A stretch of DNA of 43,225 nt from a virus: IMG/VR virus record IMGVR_UViG_3300045988_074507; one strand, written 5' to 3'. The position numbers were made by a program, and so were the translations under genes. Within the stretch, counting starts at the first letter, position 1. Each line of letters opens with the position of its first letter. This document shows positions 41,057 to 43,225 of this stretch, piece after piece. Below the pieces are notes generated by a model. It searched no databases. It was not told where the DNA came from and worked only from the letters and a program-made list of their open reading frames with translations.

Positions 41057-41533
41057 TTAACTCACTTCACTATCGGATTCCTCGACTGGCGGGAATCTTT
41101 TTTCTAATTCTTCCGGAGTATCCGGAACAGAATCGAAAAGATCATTGTTATTATCAGAAGCTTCGTTATTAAGCAAACGATTTTTAAAATGATCGATCAC
41201 AGCTTTACGCAGATCGGGATCAAGTTCGAAATATGCTTTCATGATCTCAAGTTCGAGATCAGTTGCATGATTCTGTTTTACAAAATCGTCAAGGCTGAAA
41301 GTTGGTTCTGCTACATACATAGGACCAATGCCGTTCAAAAGCCATTCTTCACTAACGTTGAATTCACTACAAATTAATTTTAATAAAGAAAGCTTTTGAT
41401 CGGGACGTGCAAGGACGTTTCTTTCAATATTATTTATGACTGAACGACTAACGCCCAATTTTTCGCCGAAAGCTGTCTGACTTAAATTTAAATGATTTTT
41501 TCGCAATTCTTTTATTCTTTCGTGCAATTCCAT
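41057..41533 (-). CDS. CI-like repressor, XRE-family HTH
   Basis: 158 aa. The N-terminal HTH_3 is LHERIKELRKNHLNLSQTAFGEKLGVSRSVINNIERN. It is divergent from the early operon. Confidence 0.85.
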   Translation of the reverse strand: MELHERIKELRKNHLNLSQTAFGEKLGVSRSVINNIERNVLARPDQKLSLLKLICSEFNVSEEWLLNGIGPMYVAEPTFSLDDFVKQNHATDLELEIMKAYFELDPDLRKAVIDHFKNRLLNNEASDNNNDLFDSVPDTPEELEKRFPPVEESDSEVS

Positions 41534-41570
41534 TTGCGCAACTCCTTTCTATAATTCGTATTGTAATTTT

Positions 41571-41599
41571 AGTATATATCTAAAAAATGTATTAGTCAA
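41571..41599 (-). promoter_or_regulatory. Repressor promoter (TTGACT-17-TATACT on the minus strand)
   Basis: Reverse complement reads ttgact aatacattttttagata tatact. It lies about 40 nt upstream of the repressor ATG. Confidence 0.6.
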
Positions 41600-41631
41600 G
41601 TCAAAAATAAAAATATTTATCACAAAACGGC

Positions 41632-41660
41632 TTGACAAAGTCAAAATAAGAATATATAAT
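41632..41660 (+). promoter_or_regulatory. Early lytic promoter (consensus TTGACA-17-TATAAT)
   Basis: -35 at 41632-41637, a 17-nt spacer, and -10 at 41655-41660. The direct repeats aagtcaaaa(a)taa at 41598-41610 and 41638-41650 are candidate operators. Confidence 0.7.
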
Positions 41661-41724
41661 GAATTCATCAAATCAAATAAGAAACAGCAAAAAGAATCAA
41701 TCAAGTCGAAAAGGAGAATCGAAA

Positions 41725-41946
41725 ATGAAAGCAGTAAACATGAAAAATTACGAATTCAAAAAAGAATCAACAACATCTATTTATATGGGATATGGAATCC
41801 TGGACGAAGAAACAAACACTTTTGTTTCTTTAGACGGAGTACATCCATATGTACTATGCAAGAAAAGCACAGCGCAGACATGCATCAACGGGGCATTAGA
41901 CTTGGAAACATGCGAACGCGTACCAGTACCAGTACCGGTACAGTAA
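41725..41946 (+). CDS. First early gene, hypothetical (73 aa; Cro-position)
   Basis: ATG 41725 is preceded by AAGGAGAATCGAAA. The track start 41659 overlaps the promoter and is unlikely. Confidence 0.6.
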   Translation: MKAVNMKNYEFKKESTTSIYMGYGILDEETNTFVSLDGVHPYVLCKKSTAQTCINGALDLETCERVPVPVPVQ

Positions 41947-42001
41947 CAACCACCGCCCGGAGTGATCCGGGCGAACCAAACAAAAGGAAGGAGAAAGAAC
42001 C

Positions 42002-42163
42002 ATGACAGAAACAATCTTAAGAAAAGAAAACAAAGGCGAAGCAGAAGCAATGGTTAAATTCCTGGAAGAGATCGGGAAAGACAATCAGAAAGAATTCTTA
42101 ATATTCATGCAGGGTGTGAAATTAGGAAGAAGCTTAAACAGTAGCAACCAGAAAGGGGCTTAA
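42002..42163 (+). CDS. Small hypothetical protein (53 aa)
   Basis: Product MTETILRKENKGEAEAMVKFLEEIGKDNQKEFLIFMQGVKLGRSLNSSNQKGA with AAGGAAGGAG RBS. Confidence 0.55.
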   Translation: MTETILRKENKGEAEAMVKFLEEIGKDNQKEFLIFMQGVKLGRSLNSSNQKGA

Positions 42164-42210
42164 GAAAAGCCCCTCGATAAAAGAAGTGATACCAGAAAGG
42201 AGAATCGAAA

Positions 42211-42696
42211 ATGATAGCAACAAAGGACCAGGAAAGAAAAGCAATCGAAGAAATTAGAAAGATCGTCGATAATTTAGGCGAATACAGTTATGTAGGTGCA
42301 GCAATGGACGGCGTTTTGGAATTTGCCGAGGACAATATCGAGAATGGCTTCGTACAGAGCATGAAAGAAAGTGTTGAGACAGCAGAAAAAAGAGCGCATG
42401 AACTGGAAGAAGAAAACGAACATTTAAAAGCAACGAAGGAAAAACTGGAAGAAGCAAGGGCGTGCATACTTCCGGAAGAAGTAAGACAGAAATTTTATGG
42501 AATTGCGTTTGACAAAAAATACAAAGCACAAGCAGAAGCAATGACGGCAGCAGAAAGAATGGCAGAAGCAGTGGAATGTGGAGAAAATGCCAGACAGGAT
42601 GCGATCAGATACAGAGCAATGACGGAAGAAGTAAAAGAATGGAAAGATATTATTAAGCTACTTGATAATATTGCAAGAAAACAGGCAGGAAGATAG
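42211..42696 (+). CDS. Hypothetical coiled-coil protein (161 aa)
   Basis: ORF preceded by the conserved leader AAGGAGAATCGAAA. Confidence 0.65.
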   Translation: MIATKDQERKAIEEIRKIVDNLGEYSYVGAAMDGVLEFAEDNIENGFVQSMKESVETAEKRAHELEEENEHLKATKEKLEEARACILPEEVRQKFYGIAFDKKYKAQAEAMTAAERMAEAVECGENARQDAIRYRAMTEEVKEWKDIIKLLDNIARKQAGR

Positions 42697-42699
42697 CGC

Positions 42700-42861
42700 A
42701 TGAAGGAAGAACACGAAGAACTAACAGTAACGGACATTTTTGAACAGATCAAACACGAAATCTGTGACGATTTTTGTAAATATCCAGGGCTTGTACAAGA
42801 TCAAGACGATTTATATAAAGAAAATGGACCATGTTCGAAATGTCCGTTAAACAAATTGTAA
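42700..42861 (+). CDS. Small Cys-rich hypothetical protein (53 aa)
   Basis: Product MKEEHEELTVTDIFEQIKHEICDDFCKYPGLVQDQDDLYKENGPCSKCPLNKL, with a C..C....C..C arrangement that may bind metal. Confidence 0.5.
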   Translation: MKEEHEELTVTDIFEQIKHEICDDFCKYPGLVQDQDDLYKENGPCSKCPLNKL

Positions 42862-42886
42862 AGTGATCTAAAAGGAGAATCGAAGA

Positions 42887-42932
42887 ATGAAAGCAAATAA
42901 CAAGAAAAAAGAAATGAGATTAAATGAAACAA
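42887..42932 (+). pseudogene. 5' part of the small membrane-protein gene split by the IS insertion
   Basis: ATG 42887 follows the leader AAGGAGAATCGAAGA. The frame runs into the IS left end and stops at 42975-42977. It rejoins 527-642 in frame when the IS is removed. Confidence 0.65.
42925..42932 (+). repeat. 8-bp target-site duplication (tgaaacaa), left copy
   Basis: It abuts the outer end of the left inverted repeat and is identical to 519-526. Confidence 0.8.
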
Positions 42933-42974
42933 GGGAGTATCCCAAAGTTTGTGTAAACCTTCAAACTGATGTAA

Positions 42975-43225
42975 GATAATATTACTCAATTTCCACAGAC
43001 AGAGATACAACAGTGCATCATTCATCAGATACGAAATACCACAAGATATGTATCTTATAAAGACAATCGAAAAGTAATGGCTGACCTAAAGGCAGTCTAT
43101 GCTGCACCAACGGAAGAGATCGCTTTAGAAAATCTTGAAGATTTCGGAGAAAAGTGGAACTCAAAATATCCAAAAATCTATAAATCATGGAGCGAACGCT
43201 GGGCAACACTGGCTACTTATTTTAA
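42975..43225 (+). pseudogene. IS256/Mutator-family transposase fragment (joins 1-363 across the junction)
   Basis: The frame opens after the stop at 42972-42974 and reads DNITQFPQTEIQQCIIHQIRNTTRYVSYKDNRKVMADLKAVYAAPTEE.... FP..EIQ.CI.HQIRN is a conserved IS256 block. The N-terminal roughly 60 percent of a full transposase is absent. Confidence 0.8.
43107..43225 (+). repeat. Terminal direct repeat, copy 2 (identical to 1-119)
   Basis: Same 119-nt string as the window start, consistent with a circular-assembly overlap or terminal redundancy. Confidence 0.9.

Larger units (their letters stand above)
42933..43225 (+). mobile_element. Left-hand part of the internally deleted IS256-family element (left inverted repeat 42933-42958 plus transposase fragment)
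   Basis: gggagtatcccaaagtttgtgtaaac is an inverted match to 493-518. Only about 16 nt separate it from the point where the transposase frame opens mid-protein. Confidence 0.75.

Noticed and set aside
1-43225. Looked for tRNA, tmRNA or rRNA genes and CRISPR arrays across the window.
   Set aside because: I saw no cloverleaf-compatible segments or regularly spaced repeats by eye. A tRNAscan or CRISPR finder run would be needed to exclude small tRNA genes formally.

Overview
The window is essentially one complete temperate tailed-phage genome with a contractile (myovirus-type) tail. The host looks like a low-GC Gram-positive, Clostridia-like organism, judging by strong AGGAGG ribosome-binding sites (RBS), PBSX/P2-like tail genes, an LL-H-type holin and a large serine integrase. 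The first and last 119 nt are identical, so the record is probably a circular or circularly permuted assembly of about 43.1 kb unique sequence. Nearly all genes are on the purine-rich + strand; only the lysogeny block (integrase, lipoprotein, CI-like repressor) is on the - strand. Most minus-strand ORFs in the supplied track are antisense shadows. Gene order: an internally deleted IS256-family element across the window junction; an early/replication block (HUH rolling-circle Rep, VRR-NUC nuclease, ParA, ParB-DUF3850); a late activator; a lambda-like packaging and head module (Nu1-like TerS, GpA TerL, gpW, portal, ClpP/S49 protease-scaffold, gpD-like decoration, gpE-like capsid) carrying an inserted DNA methyltransferase; a P2/Mu/PBSX-like tail and baseplate; fibre genes; a diversity-generating retroelement (DGR); holin and endolysin; and the lysogeny switch. 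The most interesting system is the DGR (target-avd-TR-RT, 33026-36001). Its template repeat (TR) matches two variable regions (VR). One is in the expected tail-fibre-module gene. The other is about 30 kb away in a paralogous gene inside the early/replication block, translationally coupled to a membrane protein upstream and a VRR-NUC nuclease downstream. All TR/VR mismatches (9 and 12) sit at TR adenines. Other points of interest:
- an 8-bp target-site duplication showing the IS remnant split a small membrane-protein gene;
- a 22-bp long-range inverted repeat enclosing a 26-codon hydrophobic peptide, a type I toxin-like arrangement;
- a duplicated tail-tube gene with poly-Lys tails;
- a -1 frameshift site in the tail chaperone;
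- a GC-rich candidate cos region;
- 48-nt direct repeats beside the integrase.
All functional calls rest on motif recognition from memory and reading the sequence; no database search was possible.
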